Below, one piece after another: positions 17,840-27,098 of a stretch of DNA of 64,000 nt. Each line of letters starts with the position of its first letter. Within the stretch, counting starts at the first letter, position 1. The translations under genes and the position numbers were made by a program. The DNA comes from an uncultured Methanosarcinales archaeon (GTDB taxonomy: Archaea > Nanobdellota > Nanobdellia > Woesearchaeales > UBA12501): contig CAYFJX010000001.1 of the NCBI GenBank assembly GCA_964343705.1, forward strand, positions 6,100 to 70,099, written 5' to 3'. The notes beneath the pieces were generated by a model that was not told where the DNA came from, did no database searches, and was given only the letters and a program-made list of their open reading frames with translations.

Positions 17840-19270
17840 ATGAAAGATATTCTTAACCAAATCAAAAAAACTGAGTGGTATAAGCAAGCTGGAAACAGTA
17901 AAGTCTACTATATTTTTCCTCCGTGCCGAGGAGCTGCTGACCATTTGGGAACTGACTTAACAATATGGTCGCTCAAGGACAGAAAGCTAATGGAGTGGGT
18001 TTCACCACGAAAGAACTTTATTGACACTGCAACAAATGCCCTTGACAAGCAAAAAAAAGATCATGCCTTTATTGACAAGCACATGGCTGTGTGTGAGAAA
18101 AAAAGTCTTGCACTGGAAAAATTCTATGAGAAATTTCTAAAGAAAGATCCATCAACATTTGATCTCAAGAAAGTCATTGCAACATTGCAAGAACTTGAAA
18201 AGCTGAGTTATGATTACTGGCTTGATGCTTACCTCTGTGATGCATTTGATCCTGAAGGTGATAAGATGCTCAAGGAGGAAATTGAAAAGCACAAGATAAC
18301 CCTGGATGAAAATGAGATAGCTGTTTTTATGCGTACTAGCTGGCTGAATTATATGCAAGAAGAACGATTAGACATGCTTAACCTTGCCAAGAAGGTCAAA
18401 GGGAAAAAGTGTTCTATAAAAAATGCGCATGTTGAACTTGAAAAACATGCAATGAAGTTTTTTTATGTTGACAACAGCTGGGAGTCAACAACAGTGTTAA
18501 TGGTTAATGATTTTGCAAAGCGACTTGATGCAACACTTCATGGAGACATAGATAAACAGATTGCAGAGTTAGAAACAAACTGGGAAGAAAAACACACGGA
18601 GTTGCAAGAAAAACATAGCATTCCTGACGAGCTTATGAATGTTTTTTATTTCTTTAGCCAGTTATTCAAACTGAGAGATCAACGAAAAAAGCACACTCTT
18701 TTGAGCAATCATGTGTATGATATGCTGTTCCAGTGTATTGGTGAGCTCTTTGACATACGCTTCAAGCACCTTGCCGTTATAGCTGCTGAAGAAATCACTG
18801 AGCAAACAACAACAGAAGACTTAAAGAAAAAAATAAGTGAGCGAGAAGACATTATTCTCGAAGTGTATTCTAAAAAGAAGACAGATTTTTATGAAGGAGA
18901 AGAAGGAATGGAAATTGACACTGCAATTCAAAAAACCTTTGCTCACAAAGGTGACACTATAAAAGGAACACCAGCGTGTAAAGGAGTGGTGCAAGGTGTT
19001 GTACGTGTCATCAGAGGAGAAGTACACTTTAGCAAATTCAATAAAGGGGAAATATTAGTTGCTCCAATGACACGGCCAGAATACTTGCCACTTATGAAAA
19101 AAGCAAAAGCAATAGTAACAGATGAGGGTGGTGTGACCTGTCATGCTGCGATTGTATCCAGAGAACTTGGTGTACCCTGTATAATTGGTACAGGTGTAGC
19201 AACACAGAAACTCCATGATGGTGAGCTTGTTGAGGTGGACGCTGATAAAGGCGTGGTGAAACGCCTATGA
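17840..19270 (+). CDS. PEP-utilizing-enzyme swivel (phosphohistidine) domain protein, paralog 1 of 7, with uncharacterised N-terminal domain
   Basis: C-terminus GEILVAPMTRPEYLPLMKKAKAIVTDEGGVTCHAAIVSRELGVPCIIGT is the PEP-utilizers mobile-domain signature with the catalytic His. N-terminal motifs shared with the paralogs. Confidence 0.75.
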   Translation: MKDILNQIKKTEWYKQAGNSKVYYIFPPCRGAADHLGTDLTIWSLKDRKLMEWVSPRKNFIDTATNALDKQKKDHAFIDKHMAVCEKKSLALEKFYEKFLKKDPSTFDLKKVIATLQELEKLSYDYWLDAYLCDAFDPEGDKMLKEEIEKHKITLDENEIAVFMRTSWLNYMQEERLDMLNLAKKVKGKKCSIKNAHVELEKHAMKFFYVDNSWESTTVLMVNDFAKRLDATLHGDIDKQIAELETNWEEKHTELQEKHSIPDELMNVFYFFSQLFKLRDQRKKHTLLSNHVYDMLFQCIGELFDIRFKHLAVIAAEEITEQTTTEDLKKKISEREDIILEVYSKKKTDFYEGEEGMEIDTAIQKTFAHKGDTIKGTPACKGVVQGVVRVIRGEVHFSKFNKGEILVAPMTRPEYLPLMKKAKAIVTDEGGVTCHAAIVSRELGVPCIIGTGVATQKLHDGELVEVDADKGVVKRL

Positions 19271-20115
19271 GCAGAGAAACACTTGAAACGAATTTATATA
19301 CTGATGTGTGGGATGATTTTTCACGAAGATACGCGTACATGCGAACACCTGTAACCCCTTCTGTAAATGATGTAAAAATTATTGAAGAATATCTCAAGAA
19401 GATCCTAGAAACCAATTCTCAACCAAGTGTGCTTATTCTTGGTGCAACCTTTGCTTACAGGAAGATGATTGCAGAAAACAACATACCTGTCACCTTGGTT
19501 GACTTGAGCAGGCAAATGTATGATGTAAACAGCAAGATTCTTGACAATGAACTTGGATGTCCAGAGCGTACTGAAAAGCTTATCATTGCAAACTGGATGG
19601 AAATGGATCTACATCAGGAGTTTGATCTTATTATTGGAGATTTTGTTGTTAATAACATCAAAGCTGAACTTAAAGAACAGTTCCACGCACAGATAGCAAA
19701 ACACATGACACCCAATGGCTTTTTTGTGACTCGTATTATGAACCAACCAAGGAACTTGGATCCTGTTGAAGATATGTTTGCACGATTTAAGGATAAGGAA
19801 ATTAACAGGGAAACAACCAATGAATTATTGTTTGATGCACTGTGCCATTTTGGTATTGATAGAGAAAAGAACATTCTTGTTAACAAACAGCGGTGGCATA
19901 AAGTTGTTGAAGCTGCTGAGGAGTATCCGTTTATGAAAAAGTTGATTAAACACTGTGAAGAAAACGTGCCCATGGGAGATAAGGAGTGGAGTATTCTCTC
20001 AGATGCTGATCAAGAAGCAGAATTGCGAAATGCTTATAAGGTATGTGCTATTCGCTATGGTAAAGATTACATGTATTCAGATGCATGTCCAACATATGTG
20101 CTGCAACGTGTGTGA
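19267..20115 (+). CDS. Class I methyltransferase-like protein, paralog A of 4
   Basis: VLILGATFAYR (degenerate motif I), VTLVDLS, FDLIIGDFVVNNI (motif IV), MTPNGFFV. ATGA overlap with the upstream swivel-domain gene. Confidence 0.6.
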   Translation: MSRETLETNLYTDVWDDFSRRYAYMRTPVTPSVNDVKIIEEYLKKILETNSQPSVLILGATFAYRKMIAENNIPVTLVDLSRQMYDVNSKILDNELGCPERTEKLIIANWMEMDLHQEFDLIIGDFVVNNIKAELKEQFHAQIAKHMTPNGFFVTRIMNQPRNLDPVEDMFARFKDKEINRETTNELLFDALCHFGIDREKNILVNKQRWHKVVEAAEEYPFMKKLIKHCEENVPMGDKEWSILSDADQEAELRNAYKVCAIRYGKDYMYSDACPTYVLQRV

Positions 20116-20136
20116 TACAAAAAGTGTGATGCAACA

Positions 20137-20943
20137 ATGACAAAAGTAGTTGAACAATGGCGCCAAGGTTTTGTGCATTTCTGGAAGTATTACCTTCCCC
20201 CAGCGAGAGCATCACCCTCTGACCTGGAGTTCATTAAAAAGAAGATTCTTGAAAAAGGCAAGGACGTAAAAGTTCTTATTCTTGGTTCAACCTCAGAATA
20301 TAGGAATATCTGTGGAGAGCTTGGTATTCCAGTGACCTGTTTTGATTTTAGTGAATATAATTATAACTACCTAAAAGATGAAGTCAAGAAAATGCCACAG
20401 GAACGTTATGTCAATGGCAATTGGTTCACACACAAACTTGATGAGCAGTTTGACATTATTCTTGGAGATGTAATTATCAATCTACAAGACAAGAAAAAAC
20501 TGCCAAATCTTTTTAGAAACATAGCAAGCTGGCTAAAACCAAATGGGTTGTTTATGCCAAGAACCTATATCAGAGATAAGGATGAAACATGTACAGCAGA
20601 AGAAGCAATCAAAAGATACCGTAAAAAAACAGGACAAAGGTTGTATACTGGATCAACTAGAGATCTGTACCTAGCTGGATATGATTTTGAAAAAGAAACA
20701 GTAAATTTTAGGAAATTGTGGGCAATGTTGATAGATTTGCATGCACAAAAAATTGTTACAGATGAAGAGTTTGAAGATTACAAAAAGTTATCTTTTGATA
20801 CAGATATGCATTTTTACATGCCTATCCGAGAAGAGTTTGACAAACTATTCGAAGAATTCTTTACTATCAAAGAAATCATTCACGGTCCAGAACCTTATTT
20901 GAAAGAACGTATGTGGCCATTGCATGTGTTGACAACAAAGTGA
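20137..20943 (+). CDS. Class I methyltransferase-like protein, paralog B
   Basis: VLILGSTSEYR, VTCFDFS, FDIILGDVIINL, LKPNGLFM. Colinear with paralog A. Confidence 0.6.
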   Translation: MTKVVEQWRQGFVHFWKYYLPPARASPSDLEFIKKKILEKGKDVKVLILGSTSEYRNICGELGIPVTCFDFSEYNYNYLKDEVKKMPQERYVNGNWFTHKLDEQFDIILGDVIINLQDKKKLPNLFRNIASWLKPNGLFMPRTYIRDKDETCTAEEAIKRYRKKTGQRLYTGSTRDLYLAGYDFEKETVNFRKLWAMLIDLHAQKIVTDEEFEDYKKLSFDTDMHFYMPIREEFDKLFEEFFTIKEIIHGPEPYLKERMWPLHVLTTK

Positions 20944-21029
20944 TTATTTCTAAGCTAATTTGGCATTCTAAGCGCTAGATACCACAACATTTATATATAA
21001 GTTATAATCTATAAGTTATAAGTGGAATC

Positions 21030-21224
21030 ATGAATACAACTGTTGCTGTTAAAGAAGACACATTTGCATTATTGAAAGATGTAAAAGAAAAAACAGAAGC
21101 ACCTAGTTTTGATGAGGTAATAAAAAAGTTGATCATGGAAACAAAAAAACCAAAAAAAAGTCTTAGAGGATTGGCAAAAAATACACCTGAATTTGTGAGG
21201 GAAGAAATTGACCGTTTTGCTTGA
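21030..21224 (+). CDS. vapB: VapB-like antitoxin
   Basis: 64-aa ORF immediately upstream of, and overlapping, a PIN-domain gene. Two direct repeats ATAAGTTATAA lie in its promoter. Confidence 0.5.
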   Translation: MNTTVAVKEDTFALLKDVKEKTEAPSFDEVIKKLIMETKKPKKSLRGLAKNTPEFVREEIDRFA

Positions 21225-21585
21225 TTCCTGGGCATGGATAGAATATTTCCGAGATGGTAAAAAGGCCGATATAATAGAAGAATATGTAGAAAGTAATGTA
21301 ACAATTTTCATCAGTTCAGTCAGCATATCTGAAGTATTTAGATGGTTATTAGGAAACGAGACAAAAGCATTGGCAAAAAAGTTGACACAAGAAATGATCC
21401 ACAGATCTTTAGTTGTTCCCGTGCATAATATCATTGCTTGGAAAGCAGCAGAACTAAAACATGAGCATAAGTGGGGATTAGGAGATGCTCTTATTTATGC
21501 AACTGCCCAAGAAAACAAATCAGTTTTAGTAACAGGTGACAGTGATTTTAAAGAAATTAAAGATGTTACTTATCTGGGAAATTAA
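21208..21585 (+). CDS. vapC: PIN-domain ribonuclease toxin VapC
   Basis: PIN acidic residues in LLDSWAWIEYF, GDALIYATA and TGDSDF. 125 aa. Confidence 0.8.
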   Translation: MTVLLDSWAWIEYFRDGKKADIIEEYVESNVTIFISSVSISEVFRWLLGNETKALAKKLTQEMIHRSLVVPVHNIIAWKAAELKHEHKWGLGDALIYATAQENKSVLVTGDSDFKEIKDVTYLGN

Positions 21586-22385
21586 TCATTTTTCAAAATA
21601 TAAATAGGATGGTTTGCATGCTTCTCATCATCCTTGCCACGCATCACTTCCTTGATAACAAAGTGTTTACTCAGTAGTTCTTCAAATGGTTCTTTGTGCA
21701 TGATATGCAAATGCAAATCTCCTTTCCCAATTGCTCCAAATGCATTAAAGAAGTTATCAAGTTGTTCTTGGTTGATTTTGTTTTGTTCCCTAAGTTTTTT
21801 CATATAGTTTAATGCATCACTCACGCGCGATGCGCCATTTTCCAAAGGGCCAAATGCACAAGGAAATTTTACCATCAAATATGCCATATGTTGACCAGGT
21901 GCTTTTCTTAGAACTTCTTCTTCTGTTTCTTCAACACGAATCATTGCTTTGAGTACAAACACACCACCTTGCTTTAGTGATTTCTTTACCTGCAACAAAA
22001 AGGGTTCAAAGTCACTGACAGGCACAATGTTTATTGATTGTTCTGCAAATGCAACATCGAATTGTTCAGTAAAAGGTAGGTCTAACCAATTGCATTGAAC
22101 AAGATTTTCATCGCAGGACTCCCTAGTCATGAGTTGTTTCATACCCTCAAGCATGTCCGGGTTTATATCTGCACAAGTAACGCGTAATTTGTTTTTTGCT
22201 CCAAGGTCTCTAAACTCTGGTGTTGATCCAAGAATAAGAAGGTCTTTGCCGCTCTGTTCAGCCATAAGCTTGTCAAACACCACTATCTCCTTTTCACTTG
22301 GCCGTGCTGGAAACACAGCTCTCCGCCAGGCTTCTACAAACTGAGAATATCGTGCTGCATTTGGTGGTTGCTGTTCTGGTTGCAT
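21582..22385 (-). CDS. Class I methyltransferase-like protein, paralog C
   Basis: LLILGSTPEFR, VTCADIN, FDVAFAEQSINIV, LKQGGVFV. Same family as paralogs A, B and D. Confidence 0.6.
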   Translation of the reverse strand: MQPEQQPPNAARYSQFVEAWRRAVFPARPSEKEIVVFDKLMAEQSGKDLLILGSTPEFRDLGAKNKLRVTCADINPDMLEGMKQLMTRESCDENLVQCNWLDLPFTEQFDVAFAEQSINIVPVSDFEPFLLQVKKSLKQGGVFVLKAMIRVEETEEEVLRKAPGQHMAYLMVKFPCAFGPLENGASRVSDALNYMKKLREQNKINQEQLDNFFNAFGAIGKGDLHLHIMHKEPFEELLSKHFVIKEVMRGKDDEKHANHPIYILKND

Positions 22386-22387
22386 GG

Positions 22388-23695
22388 TTATTCAGAATTG
22401 TACATCGCTTCAAAGGTTTCTTGCAAAAATTTAGCAACAACAGTATGATCTGGGATACGACCAACTGCTAAACGTATTGTTCCAGGTGGGTAATCAGAAG
22501 GAATACCAAGTGTGCTTTCACCAATCATAAGATAGCGTTCATCACCTAAACTGACTTGGTATGAGATTGGTGAGCGTACATCACTTTCTACACGAGCAAT
22601 AAACTCTTTTTCCCTTGCAAGTTTTTCTTTTGCTGTTTTTCCGGCAAGTTCAAAGGTCACCACACCGCCTGCCAAACCATCGCGTGAAAGATCACCAAGA
22701 TCTGGGTAGTGCACCGTATCAACATGAGGTGAATCTTGTAGGAATCTTGTTACAAGCCCATAGGCGTTATTAGTATGATCTCTCATACGTTGTGGAAGAT
22801 CTGCAAGGCGGTGATATAATGTTTCAGCAACTGTTTGATCTATCACTGATCCAGTTACTGTTTGCCATGCTCGCAGGTGTCTAATGAAATCTTTTGGTCC
22901 AATAACTGCACCACCAAGAACATCGCCATGACCACTTATGTACTTGGTCATAGAATGTATAACAATGTCAGCTCCCATACGGAATGGTTGTTGTAAGTAA
23001 GGTGTAAGAAATGTATTATCTACAATCACTGGAATACCATGTTCCTGTGCCATACGTGCAACTTTGCGTGTGTCTGTTACTTCAATAAGTGGGTTAGTAA
23101 CTCCTTCATAAAACAGAGCAATGGTTTGCCTGCCCCTTTCTTGTAATGCTTTGTATACTTCTGCAAGGTTAGTTGTATCTACAGCAAGTGCTTTATTGAT
23201 ACAAGTTTCCTGTGGAATAACTTCATCAAAAACAGCTTCTGTATTAACAAAAACTGTTTTCCCACGCATAAAAAAAAGATCAATATGTTCCCTGTTTGAA
23301 TGCTCTATATTTCGAGCTAGTGCCTTTGCAACGCCGTAAATGGCAGCCATGCCAGAGGGGAATACGGTTGCATCAATAAAATCAAAGGGATCTCCTTCAT
23401 CAGCAAAGTAGCCTGCTTCTGCTTCCACCAAGCGGTCACATAATACTCGTTCTTGTGGTGTGCCTGCGCGTGCGTAGAAATAGCCATCCCGAGAACCTTC
23501 TAGAACTTGGCCAAGATACCCCTCCCCATCCATATTAAAACTTGTTCTTGAAGGCAGTCCAAGATCAGGACCTCGAGCAAGACTTACTTTCAAAGGACCG
23601 ATATCATCAGAGCTTTGTTTAGTGGCAAGTAATTCTTTTGCTCTCTGCCAATCTGCTCCAAAAAAATCATGTACCAACATTCTACGGGCAACCAT
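22388..23695 (-). CDS. PLP-dependent Cys/Met-metabolism family enzyme (cystathionine gamma-synthase / O-acetylhomoserine sulfhydrylase-like)
   Basis: PLP-lysine context SMTKYISGHGDVLGG with DNTFLTP upstream. 435 aa. 2-nt gap to MTase paralog C. Confidence 0.8.
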   Translation of the reverse strand: MVARRMLVHDFFGADWQRAKELLATKQSSDDIGPLKVSLARGPDLGLPSRTSFNMDGEGYLGQVLEGSRDGYFYARAGTPQERVLCDRLVEAEAGYFADEGDPFDFIDATVFPSGMAAIYGVAKALARNIEHSNREHIDLFFMRGKTVFVNTEAVFDEVIPQETCINKALAVDTTNLAEVYKALQERGRQTIALFYEGVTNPLIEVTDTRKVARMAQEHGIPVIVDNTFLTPYLQQPFRMGADIVIHSMTKYISGHGDVLGGAVIGPKDFIRHLRAWQTVTGSVIDQTVAETLYHRLADLPQRMRDHTNNAYGLVTRFLQDSPHVDTVHYPDLGDLSRDGLAGGVVTFELAGKTAKEKLAREKEFIARVESDVRSPISYQVSLGDERYLMIGESTLGIPSDYPPGTIRLAVGRIPDHTVVAKFLQETFEAMYNSE

Positions 23696-23783
23696 ACAAA
23701 AAAGGAAACTTCCACTCCTTTATATACCTTCCCCCCTAAAACAGCCTAAAGCTATAAATAGAACCCCCTCACCCGATATACTA

Positions 23784-25217
23784 ATGAGACTTATAAAGCT
23801 ACAAACAAAGGGCAATTGCTATCCTGATGTTAATATTCAAGCAATTGCGGTGATGTTGTTGTGTGATTATCACAAGGCATTTGGTGTATCCTTTGGTTTG
23901 GATGTTGTTACTACTTTTGAAAATGAGACAATGGTCTGGTATGGTTATGATGAAGAGTATGAACGGCTAAAAAAAGAAACAAGCGCTCTTCTTATGGAAA
24001 AACCAGAGTTGGCAAAAAAATGTCAAAAGAATTTTTTTGAAGGAGCAAAAGTATTCCTGGAATTTATTAAGAAAATCAACCAAACAAACTTTAGCAAGCT
24101 CAGCAACAAAGAACTCCAAGATTTATATGAAGACTATTTTAACAGAAATCGTGCATTAGGTATTTGGGGAGAGCCATTGCCACATTACACGCGAGAAGAC
24201 GTACCAAAATTTCTGCTCAAGTGCCTAAATGAAATAAGCAAAACCCCAAGCGATGATCTAAACCTACTTACTGCACCAAACTATGTTTCTTTCACAAAAC
24301 AAGAGGAGATGGACTTACTTAAGATTGCCATACAGATCAAAGCAGATCCAGAAAATACAGAACTCAAAGAACAACTCATTAAAGAACACACCAAGAAATG
24401 GTTTTGGATACCTTATGATTATGGTGTAACAACATGGGATGAAAAGCATTTCATGGATGAGCTTGAAGAGGTACAAGATCCAGAAAAAAAACTCAAAGAA
24501 ATAGAAATCACATATAAGGAACTACCAAAAAAACAACAAGCTCGACTTAAAGAACTAGCCATTGATCCACATACAGAAGAGATTTTCCAAGCACTACAAA
24601 TTTGCACTATTCTCATGGATTACAAAAAAGAAGTATTTACTAAAGCACATTATTCAACACGTCGCTTGCATAAAGAAATAGCACAGCGACTTGGACTCAC
24701 ATATGAACAAACCAAAGTACTGCTCATAAAAGAAGTAAGCCAAGCACTCTTAGAAAACAAACCCCCTACACCTGAAGAACTTGATGGACGACTCAAATTT
24801 AGTGTATTAAAACTCAGCAAGGATGGAGAGTACAGCTTTGTAAGTGGTGAAAAAGCAAAGGAATGGGTCAAAAGAATACAAGCAGATGAAGAGAAGTCAG
24901 ATGAACTCACTGGCTTTCCTGCATGCAAAGGACAATACACTGGTACTGTTCGGTGTATTCTTGATGCAAGAAATATTCATGAACTAAAAAAAGGAGAAGT
25001 ATTAGTCACATACATGACAAGCCCTGACTACACTATTGGCATGAAAAAAGCAGGAGCTATTGTAACAGATGAAGGTGGCATTAGCAGTCACGCGGCGATT
25101 GTGTCCCGTGAGTTAGGAGTGCCATGTGTAATTGGAACAAAGCACGCAACGCGTGTACTAAAAACAGGTGATAGAGTTGCAGTTGATGCAGAAAAAGGAG
25201 TCATTACAAAACTATAA
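23784..25217 (+). CDS. PEP-utilizing swivel-domain protein, paralog 2
   Basis: C-terminus GEVLVTYMTSPDYTIGMKKAGAIVTDEGGISSHAAIVSRELGVPCVIGT, plus FWIPYDY. The ORF-track start at 23622 overlaps the PLP gene, so the start was moved to Met55 (MRLIKLQ). Confidence 0.7.
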   Translation: MRLIKLQTKGNCYPDVNIQAIAVMLLCDYHKAFGVSFGLDVVTTFENETMVWYGYDEEYERLKKETSALLMEKPELAKKCQKNFFEGAKVFLEFIKKINQTNFSKLSNKELQDLYEDYFNRNRALGIWGEPLPHYTREDVPKFLLKCLNEISKTPSDDLNLLTAPNYVSFTKQEEMDLLKIAIQIKADPENTELKEQLIKEHTKKWFWIPYDYGVTTWDEKHFMDELEEVQDPEKKLKEIEITYKELPKKQQARLKELAIDPHTEEIFQALQICTILMDYKKEVFTKAHYSTRRLHKEIAQRLGLTYEQTKVLLIKEVSQALLENKPPTPEELDGRLKFSVLKLSKDGEYSFVSGEKAKEWVKRIQADEEKSDELTGFPACKGQYTGTVRCILDARNIHELKKGEVLVTYMTSPDYTIGMKKAGAIVTDEGGISSHAAIVSRELGVPCVIGTKHATRVLKTGDRVAVDAEKGVITKL

Positions 25218-25233
25218 CAAAAAACCTGAAAAG

Positions 25234-26106
25234 ATGACTAACCCCACAGAACCTTGGACAGAAGAACAGTCTGTAGCAGCGCGAGCTTCACGCGGTGAAG
25301 GGACCTCAGCCCCAAACAAAACAGAATGTGCTGTGTATGCTGATGAACTAGAAAAAGCACTGCGTGGCAAAAATAAAACGCGAGTTCTTGTTCTTGGTGC
25401 AACACCTGAACTACGAGACATTGCAATTCAACTTGGTGCCGAGACTATTGCAGTTGATTTTACCCAAGAAATACTTTTCAAACTGACCAATGTAATGAAA
25501 CATAAAGACTCAGCACTAAACAAGCTGATTCTTGCAGACTGGTTAGAACTAGGCAATGTATTGGTAAAAGATTCATTTGACGCTGTACTTGCAGATGCAT
25601 CATTTAACAATGTTACACCTGAAAATCACCCCCTGCTTCTTGAAATATTACATAAACTTTTGAGGCCAGGTGGTGTGTTTATCACACGCCATGTTACTTT
25701 TGCACCACGAGCAATGCTTCGTGCAATTACTGAAATTACTGATGAATACAGAGCAGGAAAGAACACAACCCTTGGTTTTTTTACTGAGATTGGTTTACAA
25801 AGCCCAGTTATGCCAGAAGCATACAATATCAAAACAAAACAGTTTAAGTGGAGTATTGTTTGTGAAAAACTCCCCTTGCTTATGGAAGGTTTGCCTGAAG
25901 AGAAAAAAGCAGTAGTTGAAAAACTTGCAACACAAGCACAAACCTTGACACAAACTATTTTCCCACAGGAAGAATGGCATAGCATGCTTGGCCAGTTTCT
26001 AAAAGTAAAAAAAGTGATTGCACTCCCCCATTGGCCATACACACAAAATGTACCAATATATGTTGCTGAAAAAGAATCAGTTACTTCTTTGCAAACTCCC
26101 ACATAA
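25234..26106 (+). CDS. Class I methyltransferase-like protein, paralog D
   Basis: VLVLGATPELR, IAVDFTQ, FDAVLADASFNNV, LRPGGVFI. Start trimmed to MTNPTEPW to avoid overlap with the upstream gene. Confidence 0.55.
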   Translation: MTNPTEPWTEEQSVAARASRGEGTSAPNKTECAVYADELEKALRGKNKTRVLVLGATPELRDIAIQLGAETIAVDFTQEILFKLTNVMKHKDSALNKLILADWLELGNVLVKDSFDAVLADASFNNVTPENHPLLLEILHKLLRPGGVFITRHVTFAPRAMLRAITEITDEYRAGKNTTLGFFTEIGLQSPVMPEAYNIKTKQFKWSIVCEKLPLLMEGLPEEKKAVVEKLATQAQTLTQTIFPQEEWHSMLGQFLKVKKVIALPHWPYTQNVPIYVAEKESVTSLQTPT

Positions 26107-26809
26107 ACTTAAAGTGTTTTCTGTAGCCATCTGCGACTTCTTTGTTCTGTATAACAATTGCCATGATGTCTGTTGTTGCAAGAAGAATAACAACTAAGTC
26201 CCCGCAAACATCAACCATCACAGGACTTTTGAATTTGTTAGGGAGGTATTTAATGGTCCATTTCTGTGTTGAAATCTTTTTTCCCCTTGCTGACTCGTAA
26301 TACAGCCCATACACATGCATACCTTTTTTCAGCCGAGCTTTATCAAACTTAATATGACGATGCTTAAGATATTTCCTGTTAAGCCCTTGCCCACCAAGAG
26401 CATAAATATCCTTTTCTTGTTCCAACATCATCCCATAGGCACTCATTACCCCTTCTGCTCCTTTGAATACAAACACATCTTGCTTTTCCTTACGCATGTT
26501 GTAATCAAGTACAAGTTCTGGCATCACAGTCTTAACATGTTCCTGGCGCTCATGTAACATTTCAAGAATTTTGTGAGGGGATGAGGGTTCATAGAACTTC
26601 TTAGCTCCTTCAACCACTGAACTTACAAGGCCTTTCTGCACTAATCGTTCAATAATGTCATACGCATTTACCCGATGCACTCCTGCTTTTCTTGAAATTT
26701 CATTAACACTGGCTGAACCAATACGAAGCATGGCAAGGTAGACTTTTGCTTCATTTGCTGTGAGTCCTGCTGCAAGCAGTGCATCATATTTAGTGGTTGA
26801 AATAGCCAT
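26081..26809 (-). CDS. TrmB-family transcriptional regulator
   Basis: N-terminal wHTH (LTANEAKVYLAMLRIGSASVNEISRKAGVHRVNAYDIIERLVQKGLV) plus a TrmB-like C-terminal domain. Confidence 0.75.
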   Translation of the reverse strand: MAISTTKYDALLAAGLTANEAKVYLAMLRIGSASVNEISRKAGVHRVNAYDIIERLVQKGLVSSVVEGAKKFYEPSSPHKILEMLHERQEHVKTVMPELVLDYNMRKEKQDVFVFKGAEGVMSAYGMMLEQEKDIYALGGQGLNRKYLKHRHIKFDKARLKKGMHVYGLYYESARGKKISTQKWTIKYLPNKFKSPVMVDVCGDLVVILLATTDIMAIVIQNKEVADGYRKHFKFMWEFAKK

Positions 26810-26917
26810 ACTCCTACTTAAAACACCACCTTATATAAGCTTTTCGGTCTGTAGTAATAAATATTGCTACACCCTTATATATACCTAGCTAAACACCCTT
26901 AGAGTAGGTGAAAAACA

Positions 26918-27055
26918 ATGGCAAACAGTGCAATACTCTACCAGGCAGAACAAGACCTACAAAAACAGCAAAATAACCGCGGCCACCACACAGACCTTCA
27001 AGTAGTAGGAATTCTTGTGGTGATTTTCTTGATATTATTGTTTTTTGTAGCGTAA
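26918..27055 (+). CDS. Small tail-anchored membrane peptide (45 aa)
   Basis: Hand-translated MANSAILYQAEQDLQKQQNNRGHHTDLQVVGILVVIFLILLFFVA. GGTGA lies 6 nt upstream. Divergent from trmB. Confidence 0.25.
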   Translation: MANSAILYQAEQDLQKQQNNRGHHTDLQVVGILVVIFLILLFFVA

Positions 27056-27098
27056 GAAGCAACAATCTTTAAAAAAAAGCGTAGAATGAGAAACACCA

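Noticed and set aside
23622-23783. Upstream extension of swivel paralog 2 (ORF-track start at 23622)
   Set aside because: The extension overlaps the 5' end of the convergent/divergent PLP-enzyme gene by 74 nt and has no counterpart in the other six paralogs. The internal Met (23784) aligns with their N-termini.
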